DNA of 64,000 nt from Patescibacteria group bacterium (GCA_041666205.1 JBAYHI010000001.1:90894-154893), one strand, 5' to 3'; positions 50,862 through 61,263 are shown, counted from the stretch's first letter. The notes: a model not told the origin generated them from the letters alone. A program made the numbers and translations.

Positions 50862-52559
50862 ATGGTATTTAGCGAGCGTGCTTCAGGGGATGGAGCGTCA
50901 CAATCGGAAACGCGGAAAAATCAACCCGACGTTATTTCCGCAGCGATGGAACAACATGGTCGCGTGGAGCAGCAAACCATGCTCAAATTAATTGAGGATG
51001 GACATGAAAAAGAGGTCATGCAGTTTCTGGAGGATTTTACCGGAGTCAACAAAGAGATTGCGCTGAAACTAATTGATCGTGGTTCTTTTTTGTGGGTGCT
51101 TGCTCAAAAAGAACGGTTTGACGATCTTGATGACAATGAGATTGCAGAACGGTTGATAAAAACGTCGCAGGGGAGTTCATTTGCTGGGTATTTACGCGAG
51201 TTTAACGATCTCAATAATGACACGGCTCTGGCACTCGTAAAGGAAGGCTATGGGTGGACGATTGGAAGAAGTCCTCAAAAATTTCATCAGTTGAGTGAAG
51301 AGGTTGGGTTGGGACTTATTCGATCCGGAGACGGAACGTTTATTGCGCAGCATGTAGAATTATTTCGTGATGTAGATGAGAAAAAATTTGCGCTCGCATT
51401 TCTAGAAAAACAAAACATCCGTGCCTTTTTCCAGATGGCTAGTCGTATCGATTTTTCATTAAAAGAAAAAGAAGATATCCAAGCAACGATGGGGGAGGCG
51501 CTTCATACATTTATCACGTCCGCAAGTGAGCAGGCCGTGCGAACGCGCGACTATGACTCACTGTTATTATTTGCTGAATGGGAAGCAGAACCCATCCTCA
51601 AACCAGAGGCTGTAACAAAGCAAATACATCAACTCATAAAAGATGAGAATTATGTAGCCGCCTCTTCACTGCTTACGTATGCGAATCGTTTTGCAATGCC
51701 GTTGGATGAATCCGTTAAACAGAAAATTTCATTAGGGTTTGCCAAGGAGATGGAGGCACGTGAGCGTCGACAAGAACGGAGATTAGATGAGAAAAAAGAA
51801 CGGATTGTGATGCATGAGATGGCTCAATTCTACGCAGATCAATATGTGAACGCTTCGCTAAAAGGCATGATAGGGACCGTACAAAGAATAAAACCGTACG
51901 GATATGAATTGCCGTTTAGAGATTTAGTAGTTCTCAATGATTTTGATACAGCAATTCAAAAACACACGCATGAAATTTTTACCTGGATGCGCGAATACCT
52001 TGTACGGGCGGTTTTTTCAGAATTGAGAATTCAAAGACAACTCGAGTCTTCCGAGAGAGATGTTCGACCGGCGCGCGTTTCACATACAGGGATCGACGAA
52101 GAATCCGCGGAAGCCTTTTTGCGACTCGCTACGGAGGAAGAAATCCGGACCTATCTTTGCAGGGCAAAAGAACGATTTCTTGAGAATAACTGGCGGCCTA
52201 CATTTGGTGGAAAACCGTGGGCAAATGTTGCAGAGGCGGCCGAGCGTATGTGGAAATCTGCGGAGGCACGAGGGATTTATGGGGAGGATGTTTGTGTGGA
52301 CATCGTATTTGATCTCGAACACAATACGGGATCGGTTTTTGATAAAGATTCCAAGCGTATCAAAAAAAGTGAAGAGGATAAAAAATTCTCAAATGCAAAG
52401 CGTGATGCGCATTCCGCAGAAGAATTGGCACAAAAAATTCAAGATCAAGCGGGACGTGACGATATCGCACAATCCCTACGCCATCGGACTGCGGTTCTTC
52501 GAAAAATTGAATCCAAGGTCAATGAATTGGCTGAGGAATATACCAAACACATTTCATAG
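50862..52559 (+). CDS. hypothetical protein (565 aa, alpha-helical)
   Basis: A long ORF; no motif recognised. Confidence 0.45.
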   Translation: MVFSERASGDGASQSETRKNQPDVISAAMEQHGRVEQQTMLKLIEDGHEKEVMQFLEDFTGVNKEIALKLIDRGSFLWVLAQKERFDDLDDNEIAERLIKTSQGSSFAGYLREFNDLNNDTALALVKEGYGWTIGRSPQKFHQLSEEVGLGLIRSGDGTFIAQHVELFRDVDEKKFALAFLEKQNIRAFFQMASRIDFSLKEKEDIQATMGEALHTFITSASEQAVRTRDYDSLLLFAEWEAEPILKPEAVTKQIHQLIKDENYVAASSLLTYANRFAMPLDESVKQKISLGFAKEMEARERRQERRLDEKKERIVMHEMAQFYADQYVNASLKGMIGTVQRIKPYGYELPFRDLVVLNDFDTAIQKHTHEIFTWMREYLVRAVFSELRIQRQLESSERDVRPARVSHTGIDEESAEAFLRLATEEEIRTYLCRAKERFLENNWRPTFGGKPWANVAEAAERMWKSAEARGIYGEDVCVDIVFDLEHNTGSVFDKDSKRIKKSEEDKKFSNAKRDAHSAEELAQKIQDQAGRDDIAQSLRHRTAVLRKIESKVNELAEEYTKHIS

Positions 52560-52599
52560 GAAACAAAAAACCACCCGATTGCTCGAGTGGTTTTTCATT

Positions 52600-53856
52600 T
52601 TAGGCTTCTGCGACTGGGGTTTCTTCTGGTTTTGTTTCGACAATTGCCTCGGCAATCGGTGGCGCGATTTCTTCCGATTTTTCTTCCTGAGCGGGCAGGT
52701 CGCGACCTGCCCCTACGGCGACGTCCTCTTTTGTTTCCTCTGGTTTTGCGTCCAGCGCCTTGATTGAAAGACCAAGACGATGTTCTTGTGGTTCAATCGA
52801 GACGATTTTGAATTTTCGTACTTCACCGATCTTTGCGACCGTGGAGAAATCTGTGACCGGTTTGCTTGAAAGTTCTGACACGTGGGCAAGGCCGTGAATG
52901 TCGCGGTCAAGCTCCACGAAAAGTCCGAATGGATTGTACTTGAGGACTTTTCCTTCAACCACATCGCCAATCTGATAGCGTGACCCTACGCCGGCCCATG
53001 GATCTTCCATAAGTTTTTTCATGGAAAGGAAGATCTTGCTTCCTTCAATGCCCACGATTTGTGCTTTTACGAGCTGACCGACTTTCAAGATGTCGCGTGG
53101 GTGATCAATACGCTGCCAAGCGATTTCTGAAATGTGTACGAGTCCTTCGAGAGGCGATGCGTTCTCCCCCTGTGGGTGGAATTTTACGAATGCACCAAAG
53201 TCTGCAAGGGCGGTGACTTCACCTTCAATCACATCGCCTGTTTTGATTTGAGAAATAACAGCATGTTGCTCGTCTTCCCAAACGGCTTTTTCAGAGACAA
53301 TGAGCTTCTCTTCGGTTTCATTGAGGTCAAGCACTTTTACGCGCATGGTGGTGCCAATGAAGGAATTGAGCTTATCGAGAATTTTTTGTTTGTCGCCACC
53401 GGTGACACGTGGATAATTTTCTGGAGCAAGTTGTGAGACTGGCAAAAATCCATTGATGTGGCCGAGTTTTACAATGAGCCCACCTTTATTTGCGTCAATG
53501 ACTTTTGCGTCAACCGTCATATTGACCTGCAAGTTGTCGCGCAAGGTCTGCCAGGATTTCTTATTGCCGGCGTAGAGGAATGAAAGTTCCATTTCGCCAT
53601 TTTCGTTTTCCAAATTGATTACGGTTGCTTCTACTTCGGATCCGATTTTCAAATCCGTATAGGTTCCGCTGTCGGTAAACAATTCTTTTCCGCGTACCAC
53701 GCCCGTGGTGAGCCCACCAACGTCAATACGAACTTCACGCCCTTTTGTGGAAAGCACGCGTCCTTTAATAAGATCCCCAACTTTTGGGATATTTAAAAAC
53801 TCGCCTTGGCTCAAAAGCTCGGCAAGTTCATTCTGTTTTGCGATTTCTTCTGTCAT
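52600..53856 (-). CDS. rpsA: 30S ribosomal protein S1
   Basis: Four S1 (OB) repeats and an acidic C-terminal tail; a family-1 palindrome lies in frame inside the tail (see 52688-52722). Confidence 0.85.
   Translation of the reverse strand: MTEEIAKQNELAELLSQGEFLNIPKVGDLIKGRVLSTKGREVRIDVGGLTTGVVRGKELFTDSGTYTDLKIGSEVEATVINLENENGEMELSFLYAGNKKSWQTLRDNLQVNMTVDAKVIDANKGGLIVKLGHINGFLPVSQLAPENYPRVTGGDKQKILDKLNSFIGTTMRVKVLDLNETEEKLIVSEKAVWEDEQHAVISQIKTGDVIEGEVTALADFGAFVKFHPQGENASPLEGLVHISEIAWQRIDHPRDILKVGQLVKAQIVGIEGSKIFLSMKKLMEDPWAGVGSRYQIGDVVEGKVLKYNPFGLFVELDRDIHGLAHVSELSSKPVTDFSTVAKIGEVRKFKIVSIEPQEHRLGLSIKALDAKPEETKEDVAVGAGRDLPAQEEKSEEIAPPIAEAIVETKPEETPVAEA
52688..52722. repeat. family-1 GC-rich palindromic element embedded in frame in the rpsA 3' coding region
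   Basis: GAGCGGGCAGGTCGCGACCTGCCCCTACGGCGACG encodes ...VAVGAGRDLPAQ... within the S1 C-terminal tail. Confidence 0.6.
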
Positions 53857-53996
53857 ATTTTTTGTCCTGCCAGCGTTTCGTCCTCTTCAAGAGGACTCTG
53901 GGCCAACAGGTATTAAGAATTAAATGTGCGGGAAGTGTAGCGAAATTCGGATTTTATGTCAATACATGGTACCCTTTTTCTATTCACTTATTTTTT

Positions 53997-54695
53997 ATGG
54001 ATCACCCACATCAACACTTTTTGGACGAATTTCGTATCGCAATCGATAAATTGGTTCCTCTCATTCCAAAGGAACTCAAAGAGGAGGCAGAAACGCTCTT
54101 AGCCGAACTTTCCGCAAATCCAGAGATTTCAGAGCGCCAAATCCACCAAGCGCTTGTGCTTGTAGGACGCAAAGAATATCCCTACCGCCACGCCTACCAT
54201 GAACTCTGCGAAGGCGACGAGGAGAAACGACTGCAATCAATTGTGTTTGAGCGCCTCGAGCCAGCGGTGCGGACAAAAATCGAAGACGTCACGAAAAATG
54301 GCGTCATGATCGATGATTTTGTTGCAAGCAAATTATTTGAAGAACAACTTACTGCAGAGGAACGCCATCAAATCGAGCAGGCGATTTTTGCAGCCGAAGA
54401 TGTGCTCGAGCACCAATGCAATGAACGCGCTGAACAACGCAAATTGCAATACGATGAGCTTGTCAAAAAATATCAAGAACAGGTAAATCGTATTCAGGGC
54501 ATGATCGATACCCTCAAAACAATGGCAGAAAAAGATCCAAAATGGAAAGGAGAAATCGAAAGCGTCGTTGATCGTTTGGAAGAAGGGTGGTCGCTCGTGG
54601 AACGTGATCCGGAAGAGGAAGAGGTCAAGAAAGAAATTGAATCGTGGTCGGCAATTTTTGCCGAAGGAAAAGGAGAAGAGGGCGGGATCATCTAG
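53997..54695 (+). CDS. hypothetical acidic protein (232 aa)
   Basis: The internal ATG at 53997 (MDHPHQHF...) was chosen over the ORF-track start at 53784, which runs back into the rpsA promoter region. Confidence 0.4.
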   Translation: MDHPHQHFLDEFRIAIDKLVPLIPKELKEEAETLLAELSANPEISERQIHQALVLVGRKEYPYRHAYHELCEGDEEKRLQSIVFERLEPAVRTKIEDVTKNGVMIDDFVASKLFEEQLTAEERHQIEQAIFAAEDVLEHQCNERAEQRKLQYDELVKKYQEQVNRIQGMIDTLKTMAEKDPKWKGEIESVVDRLEEGWSLVERDPEEEEVKKEIESWSAIFAEGKGEEGGII

Positions 54696-54763
54696 ACCAT
54701 TTTTCTCTGTACGAATGGAGGGTTTCGTGCTACAATAGCCCCATCTTTTGTTTGTAAAACCCT

Positions 54764-55414
54764 ATGCAAATTACCTGGCACGGACTTTCTTGTTTTGAAA
54801 TCAGCGCAAAACCGGGCGCAACAGATGTAACGGTTATTACCGATCCGTTTTCTGATGAAGCGGGCATAAAGACTCCCCGGTCCATGAAAGCGGCCATGGT
54901 GATTGTGTCCCACGATAGTCCGCTGGCAAGCAATGTGGTTGCGGTTGCCGGGCCCGAGGAAAACTCTCGCCCGTTTCCTGTTGTGCATGCTGGGGAGTAT
55001 GAGGTGCAGGGGATTTTTGCAACCGGTATTCGTGTGCCAAAAAAAGACGGCACCGAGCATACGATTTATCGTATTTTTGCCGAAGGCATTAAAGTTGCTT
55101 TTTTGGGCGCGCTCGATCGCGCTCTAACCGAAGAAGAAAATAAAACCCTTGGCGACATTGATATTTTGCTTGTGCCTGTTGGCGGCGGCCCTGTGCTTGG
55201 AACCGATGCTGCGCAAGATGTTGTGAATCAGGTGGAGCCACGCTTGGTGGTGCCGTATTATACGATGGTGCCTGGGTGTACCTTGACGCTCGACTCTGTA
55301 GAGCCATTCTGCAAGGAATTATCCTGCAGTCGCGAAGACGCACCGAAATTCAAAATCAGCAAAGCCGGATTACCCGAAGAAGAAATGAAAATGGTTGTCT
55401 TGTCCAAAGAATAG
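54764..55414 (+). CDS. metallo-beta-lactamase-fold hydrolase (YtkL/UPF0173-like)
   Basis: MQITWHGLSCFEI... with VIVSHDS (an HxD-type metal site variant) and a downstream His/Asp pattern. Confidence 0.6.
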   Translation: MQITWHGLSCFEISAKPGATDVTVITDPFSDEAGIKTPRSMKAAMVIVSHDSPLASNVVAVAGPEENSRPFPVVHAGEYEVQGIFATGIRVPKKDGTEHTIYRIFAEGIKVAFLGALDRALTEEENKTLGDIDILLVPVGGGPVLGTDAAQDVVNQVEPRLVVPYYTMVPGCTLTLDSVEPFCKELSCSREDAPKFKISKAGLPEEEMKMVVLSKE

Positions 55415-55417
55415 CCT

Positions 55418-55834
55418 ATGCAACTTGCGCGCCCTGTCAATCGGAAAAAAGAGCGCATGGCGATGATCCTCATCGTCGCCATTGGACTATTGGTTTTTTT
55501 GATTTGGCTCTTTCAACTGGGGGTGCTGTTTTCAAAAGGCGCGGAAACCATTCCGCAAGAAATCGGTGTATCGCGGGCAAATTTGCAAGCAGGGATTGAT
55601 TATGCAAAATCCTTGCAAGAAGCACTCCCAATTGCCGATGGAAGTCTTTCCGATATTATCGATCAAGGAAAAACCATTACCGATTCGGTTGCAGAGCAAA
55701 GTCTGATGGAGTCCATTGCAAATGCGCTCAAGGGAAAATATGAAGAACAACATGCGGACGTAAAAATTCAGGCGGGGTTGCCAAAAGCAGGGGACGCCAC
55801 CTGGACGATTGATCCAACATTAAACGCTCAATAA
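55418..55834 (+). CDS. hypothetical membrane-anchored protein (138 aa)
   Basis: One TM segment near the N-terminus. Confidence 0.4.
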   Translation: MQLARPVNRKKERMAMILIVAIGLLVFLIWLFQLGVLFSKGAETIPQEIGVSRANLQAGIDYAKSLQEALPIADGSLSDIIDQGKTITDSVAEQSLMESIANALKGKYEEQHADVKIQAGLPKAGDATWTIDPTLNAQ

Positions 55835-55847
55835 TTTCGCACGGACT

Positions 55848-58397
55848 ATGCCAAACCAAGAAGAAGAGAAAAAAGAACCCATTGACGTCGGCAATGCCGG
55901 GGAACTCATTTCTCAATCCATCACCGAAGAAATGCAGCGCTCGTACCTCGACTACGCCATGAGCGTCATTGTTTCGCGTGCGCTTCCCGATGTGCGCGAT
56001 GGCTTGAAGCCGGTGCAACGTCGAATTTTGTATGCAATGTGGAGCATTGGACTTCGATCAAACGCAAAATTCCGAAAGTCGGCAAACGTGGTTGGGGAAG
56101 TGATGGCAAAATATCACCCGCACGGCGACTCTTCTATTTACGAAGCCATGGTTCGCATGGCGCAGGATTTTTCGTATCGACATCCGCTGGTGCGAGGCCA
56201 AGGGAACTTTGGTTCCATGGACGGCGATTCCGCTGCTGCCATGCGTTATACCGAAGCAAAACTGGAATCCGATGCGGAAGAACTTCTTTTTGATATTGAA
56301 AAAAACACGGTCAATTTTCAACCAAACTACGATGGCGCACACCAAGAACCGATGGTTTTGCCGTCAAAATATCCAAACCTCCTCGTGAATGGCACGCTTG
56401 GGATTGCGGTTGGGATGGCAACGAGCATTCCTCCGCACAATTTGCGTGAGGTGTGTAATGCCACCATTGCGCTCATCGACAAGCCAACCATTACGCTCGA
56501 TGAGCTCATGGAACATATTCAAGGCCCAGATTTTCCAACCGGTGCCACGGTGTATGGGGTGCGCGATATTAAAGCCGCCTATGCCACCGGGCGCGGGGGA
56601 GTAGTGGTGCGCGCAAACGCCGAAATTTCAGAAAATAAGCGTGGGGTTTCGCAAATCATTATTTCCGAAATTCCGTACATGCTCAATAAGGCCACGCTCG
56701 TGGAAAAAATTGCGGATTTGGTTCACGAAAAGAAAGTCGATGGCATTAAAGATTTGCGCGATGAATCCAATAAAGACGGTGTGCGCGTTGTGGTGGAGCT
56801 CAAAAAAGATGCGTATCCGAAAAAAGTATTGAATCAACTCTATCAACTCACGCCGCTCCAGACCGCATTTCACTTCAATGTGGTTGCGCTTGTCGATGGC
56901 ATTCAGCCTCGCACGTTGGCGCTCAAAACGATTCTTGAGGAACACATCAAACATCGCCGTGAAGTGGTGCGACGTCGCACAGAATACGATTTGGCCCGAG
57001 CCGAAGAGCGCGCCCATATTTTGGAGGGGCTCATGATTGCGCTTGCAAAAATCGATCAGGTGATCGCCACGATCAAGAAATCCTCTGATAAAGACGAAGC
57101 GCGCGTGAACCTCATGTCCAAGTTCAAAATGACTGAGCGTCAGGCCGTGGCAATTCTTGAAATGCGTTTGCAAAGCTTGGCAAACCTCGAGCAACTCAAA
57201 ATTGAAACCGAGTACAAGGAAAAAATGGATTTGATTGCAGAACTCGAAGCCATCCTCAAATCTGAAAAGCGCATGCTTGCCGTGATTCGCAAAGAATACG
57301 AAGAATTGCGCGACAAATATGGAAACGATCGTCGCACGCGCATTATCAAGGCGGGCGTGAAGGATTTTTCCATGGAAGATCTCATTCCCGATACGCAAAC
57401 AATTGTCATGATGACCAAAGATGGGTACATCAAGCGCATGAGCCCAGACACCTTCCGCGCACAAAGCCGTGGAGGCAAAGGCGTTTCGGGCGTCACCACA
57501 AAAGAAGAAGATAGTGTTGCCTCGATTTTCTCGTCTTCCACACACCAAGACATCATGTTCTTCACGACGCGCGGTCGCGTATTCAAATTAAAAGTGTACG
57601 AAATCCCTGAGGCATCACGCACGGCCAAGGGTCAAGCGATTGTGAATTTCTTGGAGCTCGCCCCTGGCGAATCCGTAACCGCCACTATGAATTCAAACGA
57701 CATGCAGTCAACCAGCTATATTTTCATGGTCACAAAATTGGGCACGGTGAAGAAAACCGACATGAAAGATTTCGAAAACGTGCGTCGATCTGGTCTCATC
57801 GCCTTGAAACTCCGCGATGGCGATTCGCTCGAATGGGTGATGGGGACAACTGGGGAAGACGACATTGTGCTTGTTACGCGCGATGGGATGTCGATTCGCT
57901 TTAATGAAAAAGATGTGCGCCCCATGGGTCGCACGGCTTCGGGCGTGCGCGGACTCCGTCTCAAGGGCGATGATCAGATTATTAGCATGGGACTTCTCAC
58001 GAAAAACGATATCAAAGACGGGCGCCTCCTCTTGGTTGCGAGCGAACACGGCTATGGAAAACGCACGCCTATGCGCGAATATAAAGTGCAACGCCGTGGC
58101 GGTTCAGGGATCAAAACCGGTAACATTACCTCAAAAACGGGTAAATTGGTTGCTGCACACCTCGTCAAAAAAGACGATAAGCGCGATTTGCTCGTGATGT
58201 CGTCTGCGGGGCAGGTGATTCGCACAGCATCAAACGCGGTTTCAACGCTTGGGCGTGCAACGCAGGGCGTGCGCATTATGCGCTTCAAAAAGCCGGGCGA
58301 TAGCGTTGCAAGCGTGGCGTTCCTGGATCCTGAAGAAGCACAAAAAGAAATCAAAAAGATTGAAAAAGAAATTGGGGTAGAGGAAGAGAAAAAATAA
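55848..58397 (+). CDS. gyrA: DNA gyrase subunit A
   Basis: Active-site region [10 protein letters not shown] with the catalytic Tyr, QRD-like [19 protein letters not shown], and C-terminal beta-pinwheel repeats. gyrB is not adjacent. Confidence 0.95.
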   Translation: MPNQEEEKKEPIDVGNAGELISQSITEEMQRSYLDYAMSVIVSRALPDVRDGLKPVQRRILYAMWSIGLRSNAKFRKSANVVGEVMAKYHPHGDSSIYEAMVRMAQDFSYRHPLVRGQGNFGSMDGDSAAAMRYTEAKLESDAEELLFDIEKNTVNFQPNYDGAHQEPMVLPSKYPNLLVNGTLGIAVGMATSIPPHNLREVCNATIALIDKPTITLDELMEHIQGPDFPTGATVYGVRDIKAAYATGRGGVVVRANAEISENKRGVSQIIISEIPYMLNKATLVEKIADLVHEKKVDGIKDLRDESNKDGVRVVVELKKDAYPKKVLNQLYQLTPLQTAFHFNVVALVDGIQPRTLALKTILEEHIKHRREVVRRRTEYDLARAEERAHILEGLMIALAKIDQVIATIKKSSDKDEARVNLMSKFKMTERQAVAILEMRLQSLANLEQLKIETEYKEKMDLIAELEAILKSEKRMLAVIRKEYEELRDKYGNDRRTRIIKAGVKDFSMEDLIPDTQTIVMMTKDGYIKRMSPDTFRAQSRGGKGVSGVTTKEEDSVASIFSSSTHQDIMFFTTRGRVFKLKVYEIPEASRTAKGQAIVNFLELAPGESVTATMNSNDMQSTSYIFMVTKLGTVKKTDMKDFENVRRSGLIALKLRDGDSLEWVMGTTGEDDIVLVTRDGMSIRFNEKDVRPMGRTASGVRGLRLKGDDQIISMGLLTKNDIKDGRLLLVASEHGYGKRTPMREYKVQRRGGSGIKTGNITSKTGKLVAAHLVKKDDKRDLLVMSSAGQVIRTASNAVSTLGRATQGVRIMRFKKPGDSVASVAFLDPEEAQKEIKKIEKEIGVEEEKK

Positions 58398-58399
58398 AT

Positions 58400-59236
58400 A
58401 TGTTTCCTGAATTTCATCAGACTTATATTTCGTACGGGGGCTCGTACGATTGGGTTGAGGCTATCATGGCAGTGTTAACTCTTATAGCGGTGGGGGTGGC
58501 TTTGTTTCAAGAATGGTTTCGGCGTCTTTTTCAGAGGGTTAACGCGACAAATATTCATCTCATTTTTGATTCGAATCACCCGTATCGTGTTTGCATCCAA
58601 GATGTTGAAACTAGCGGTGTTTGGATCCCGGCAGTATTTTATCGACTGAAGATTGAGAATAAAGGGAAAAATATTTTACGTAGTGCACAAGTTTTTTTGG
58701 AGCATTGTGAAAAACAAAACAAACACGGTGGGTGGGAAGATCGAAGAATTTTGCCAATGCCTTTGCAATGGAGTTATCTCCAGGAGCGGAAAGACGTGAC
58801 GAAGAGAATCGCATCTGATATTTTTGGGGGAGGAGAGCAATTTCTAGACTTTGGAGATTTTCAGGTATTGGATGCTTTTTTTCCAAATCCTCGATTTCGT
58901 TTGAAGACAATGGTTGCCTCAACGAAAATAACTTCTCGCAAAGGACTTTTGAAAGATTTTTGGATTTCTCCACAGGATTTTGAAAGTGGCATCTACCGTT
59001 TTAAATTAAAGGTGTATGGAAGCAACCTTTCAAAACCAATAGACTTCAGAGTTGAATTAGAGTTATTCGATTTCGATAATAAATGTAGAGAGTTTCTAAA
59101 AAATCCGGAAAAAAATATTGACGACATCGTAAGACTTCATATATGTACACGCAAAAAACATTCGCCTTGCCAGAACTCAAGGGTTTATCGCAAAAACAAA
59201 TTGACGCGCACCTCAAGCTCTACGAAGGGTACGTGA
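58400..59236 (+). CDS. hypothetical protein (AT-rich; 3' end overlaps the SOD start)
   Basis: The ORF overlaps 59143-59236; the start and stop are uncertain and the region is AT-richer than its surroundings. Confidence 0.35.
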   Translation: MFPEFHQTYISYGGSYDWVEAIMAVLTLIAVGVALFQEWFRRLFQRVNATNIHLIFDSNHPYRVCIQDVETSGVWIPAVFYRLKIENKGKNILRSAQVFLEHCEKQNKHGGWEDRRILPMPLQWSYLQERKDVTKRIASDIFGGGEQFLDFGDFQVLDAFFPNPRFRLKTMVASTKITSRKGLLKDFWISPQDFESGIYRFKLKVYGSNLSKPIDFRVELELFDFDNKCREFLKNPEKNIDDIVRLHICTRKKHSPCQNSRVYRKNKLTRTSSSTKGT

Positions 59237-59712
59237 AAAATACCAATGCGCTTTTGGAAAAATTAGAGGCGCTTCGTGGCTCGGAGAGCTCACCCGAGTT
59301 TTCTGAACTCACGCGTCGACTTGGCTTTGAGTGGAATGGCATGCGCTTACACGAATATTATTTCGAGCAATTTGAAAACGCGGGTGTAGGCGATGCACAT
59401 ACACTTGAGGAAAAATTGACTGCACAATTTGGGAGCATGGATGCATGGAAAAAAGAGTTCCTGCGCATCGGCATGATGCGGGGGATTGGCTGGGCATTGC
59501 TTGTGCAAGACGAGCGCACCGGAGTGCTCTTGAATCATTGGGTTTCAGATCACGAAGTTGGGCACTTGGCTGGCGTGCGCATTTTACTCGCCATGGACGT
59601 TTGGGAGCACGCCTATTTGCTCGATTATCTGCCCGCGGAGCGACAAAAATATCTCGACGCATTTTTTGAGAACGTGAACTGGGGAGTGGTAGAAAAACGA
59701 TTCGTTAAATAG
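59143..59712 (+). CDS. Fe/Mn superoxide dismutase family protein (divergent N-terminus)
   Basis: C-terminal signature DVWEHAYLLDY with the Asp and His ligands, and ALPEL near the N-terminus; only one His is visible in the first helix. Confidence 0.7.
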   Translation: MYTQKTFALPELKGLSQKQIDAHLKLYEGYVKNTNALLEKLEALRGSESSPEFSELTRRLGFEWNGMRLHEYYFEQFENAGVGDAHTLEEKLTAQFGSMDAWKKEFLRIGMMRGIGWALLVQDERTGVLLNHWVSDHEVGHLAGVRILLAMDVWEHAYLLDYLPAERQKYLDAFFENVNWGVVEKRFVK

Positions 59713-59715
59713 TTT

Positions 59716-59756
59716 TTGAAGGAAGAACCGTTGACATGGGCGGTTCTTTTTGATAT
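59716..59756 (+). promoter_or_regulatory. SOD terminator hairpin overlapping a TTGACA-17-TATTCT promoter
   Basis: GAAGAACCG-ttgacatgg-GCGGTTCTTTTT is a hairpin plus T-run, and the same bases read TTGACA-17-TATTCT, the same hexamers as the promoter at 5694. Confidence 0.4.
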
Positions 59757-59792
59757 TCTCGCGTTTGCCAATAACGGCAGCTTGGAGGTCCT

Positions 59793-60146
59793 TTGCGAAG
59801 AGCTCGTGGTGGCCCGTTGGTCGTTGTGCTTGCGAGAGGTGGTCGGTTCAAGGACGATAAGGACGAGTTGCGCACGCAACTCTCCGAAGTTCTGCGGGTC
59901 GAGCCGGACCAGATTCAATTCCGGCAAGTCGCATCGGCACATCTCCCTGCGCATGTCGTGAAGGTGAAGATCTCAGAGTCCGTGCTTCCCATTGGGGAGC
60001 AGGATATCGAACGACTCCTGCGCAACAGGATCCCGAAGTACGCTTCGTGGTTCAAGGTCATCATCCGTCGACAGCCTTCGATCATTCGTACTGACTCCGG
60101 TCGTCCACCTGCGCACCGCCGGGCCCCCGTGCAGATGGGCCGTTAG
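59793..60146 (+). CDS. hypothetical basic protein (117 aa, TTG start) in GC-rich island E
   Basis: GGAGGT lies 3 nt before the TTG at 59793; followed by a hairpin terminator at 60166-60200. The start is uncertain (alternative GTG at 59806). Confidence 0.3.
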   Translation: MRRARGGPLVVVLARGGRFKDDKDELRTQLSEVLRVEPDQIQFRQVASAHLPAHVVKVKISESVLPIGEQDIERLLRNRIPKYASWFKVIIRRQPSIIRTDSGRPPAHRRAPVQMGR

Positions 60147-60203
60147 CTCATCATCGTCTCCCCGTCGCCGACCCTCCTAGGGCCGGCGTCGCTGTTTTTA
60201 TTG

Positions 60204-60236
60204 GCATAATTCCTTGACTTTTTGTCAAAATTATGC
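60204..60236. promoter_or_regulatory. 33-bp inverted repeat GCATAATTccTTGACtttttGTCAAaaTTATGC (candidate operator/promoter)
   Basis: Nested palindromes GCATAATT/AATTATGC and TTGAC/GTCAA, about 70 nt upstream of gene 60305-60784. Two further hairpins (GCCAAT-acag-ATTGGC, CATCTGCC-accttc-GGCAGATG) lie in the 5' UTR. Confidence 0.4.
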
Positions 60237-60304
60237 TACCTTTCCCGGTCGCCAATACAGATTGGCAACACCATCTGCCACCTTCGGCAGATGAAGGAGG
60301 AATG

Positions 60305-60784
60305 ATGGAAAGCCAGGAGGGCCGTGTTTGGAAGTACTATTCCGCAAAACGGAAGTTGCACGAGCAGATGATGTCTCTTGAAGGTACGCGCGAAGTTGAA
60401 GTCCCAGACATCTTGATTCTCGAGGCGGATGCATCACAGATCCTTGTCACGTTCGTGACCTGGATCATGGATCAGAGTGGTTCCGCTGATATCAAGATTC
60501 CTGTTAGCGGGATGGTCCGGCATCTGGGAACCCCTATCGTCGTGCACTGCGGTTTTCTCATGCAGTGGCCCGTCGATGCGCTCGATGAGTGGGTCGAAAC
60601 GAGTATTGAACTGAATGCATTCCACAAGCGCCGGGTCGTTCAGAGGGCGCGGGCATTCAAGGAAGGATCCATTACCCCGAACCTCATGCAGATCGTGGTC
60701 GATACAGATGCAGATTATTGCGACCAGAACGAGTTCATGACGCAGGTTGTGACTCTGCTCCAGGAGCGCTACAAGAACGCCTAG
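60305..60784 (+). CDS. hypothetical protein (about 160 aa) in GC-rich island E
   Basis: AAGGAGGA is followed by two ATGs; the start was placed at the second (60305) for spacing. No motif recognised. Confidence 0.4.
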   Translation: MESQEGRVWKYYSAKRKLHEQMMSLEGTREVEVPDILILEADASQILVTFVTWIMDQSGSADIKIPVSGMVRHLGTPIVVHCGFLMQWPVDALDEWVETSIELNAFHKRRVVQRARAFKEGSITPNLMQIVVDTDADYCDQNEFMTQVVTLLQERYKNA

Positions 60785-60954
60785 TCTCGTTATTGCCCTG
60801 AAATGAGTGTCCAGTGAACAGAAGAAACCTTGAAATTCCTGAAGATCCTATGGATTGGTTGATCACGGGAATACGAACTTGCTGTCCTACGTCGCGCCCC
60901 GCGGGCAACTGCGGGGACTTATTTTACAAAAATTTCGGGGATTCGGGCTCATTC

Positions 60955-60983
60955 TTGACGAAATATGCAATTTCGCATACACT
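60955..60983 (+). promoter_or_regulatory. promoter for rpmF (TTGACG-17-TACACT), preceded by the terminator GCCCCGCGGGCAACTGCGGGGAC plus T-run
   Basis: Hexamers at 60955-60960 and 60978-60983; the terminator hairpin lies at about 60893-60926. Confidence 0.5.
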
Positions 60984-61002
60984 GCCCGCATATTAATTGA
61001 CT

Positions 61003-61263
61003 ATGCCATTACCAGCATTTAGAAACTCACGATCAAAAGTTCGCCGACGTCGCTCCCATTTGGCTTTGAGCGCAATCAATCTTGCGGTTTGTCCAAAATG
61101 TGAAGCGCCAATTTTACCTCATCATGCCTGCGAGAAATGCGGAAATTACCGCAACCGCACCATGAAAGGCAAAACCAAAAATGTGGAAAAAGTTTTGGAG
61201 AAAAAGACCAAAGCCAAGGCGCCAAAAGCAAAGAAAGCCAAAGCCGAGGAACCAAAAGCCTAA
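61003..61263 (+). CDS. rpmF: 50S ribosomal protein L32 with Lys/Ala-rich C-terminal extension
   Basis: MPLPAFRNSRSKVRRRRSH...CPKCEAPILPHHACEKCGNY (CxxC...CxxC zinc ribbon) is the L32 signature. Confidence 0.8.
   Translation: MPLPAFRNSRSKVRRRRSHLALSAINLAVCPKCEAPILPHHACEKCGNYRNRTMKGKTKNVEKVLEKKTKAKAPKAKKAKAEEPKA

Noticed and set aside
56628-57548. 306-aa minus-strand ORF
   Set aside because: It is entirely antisense to gyrA.
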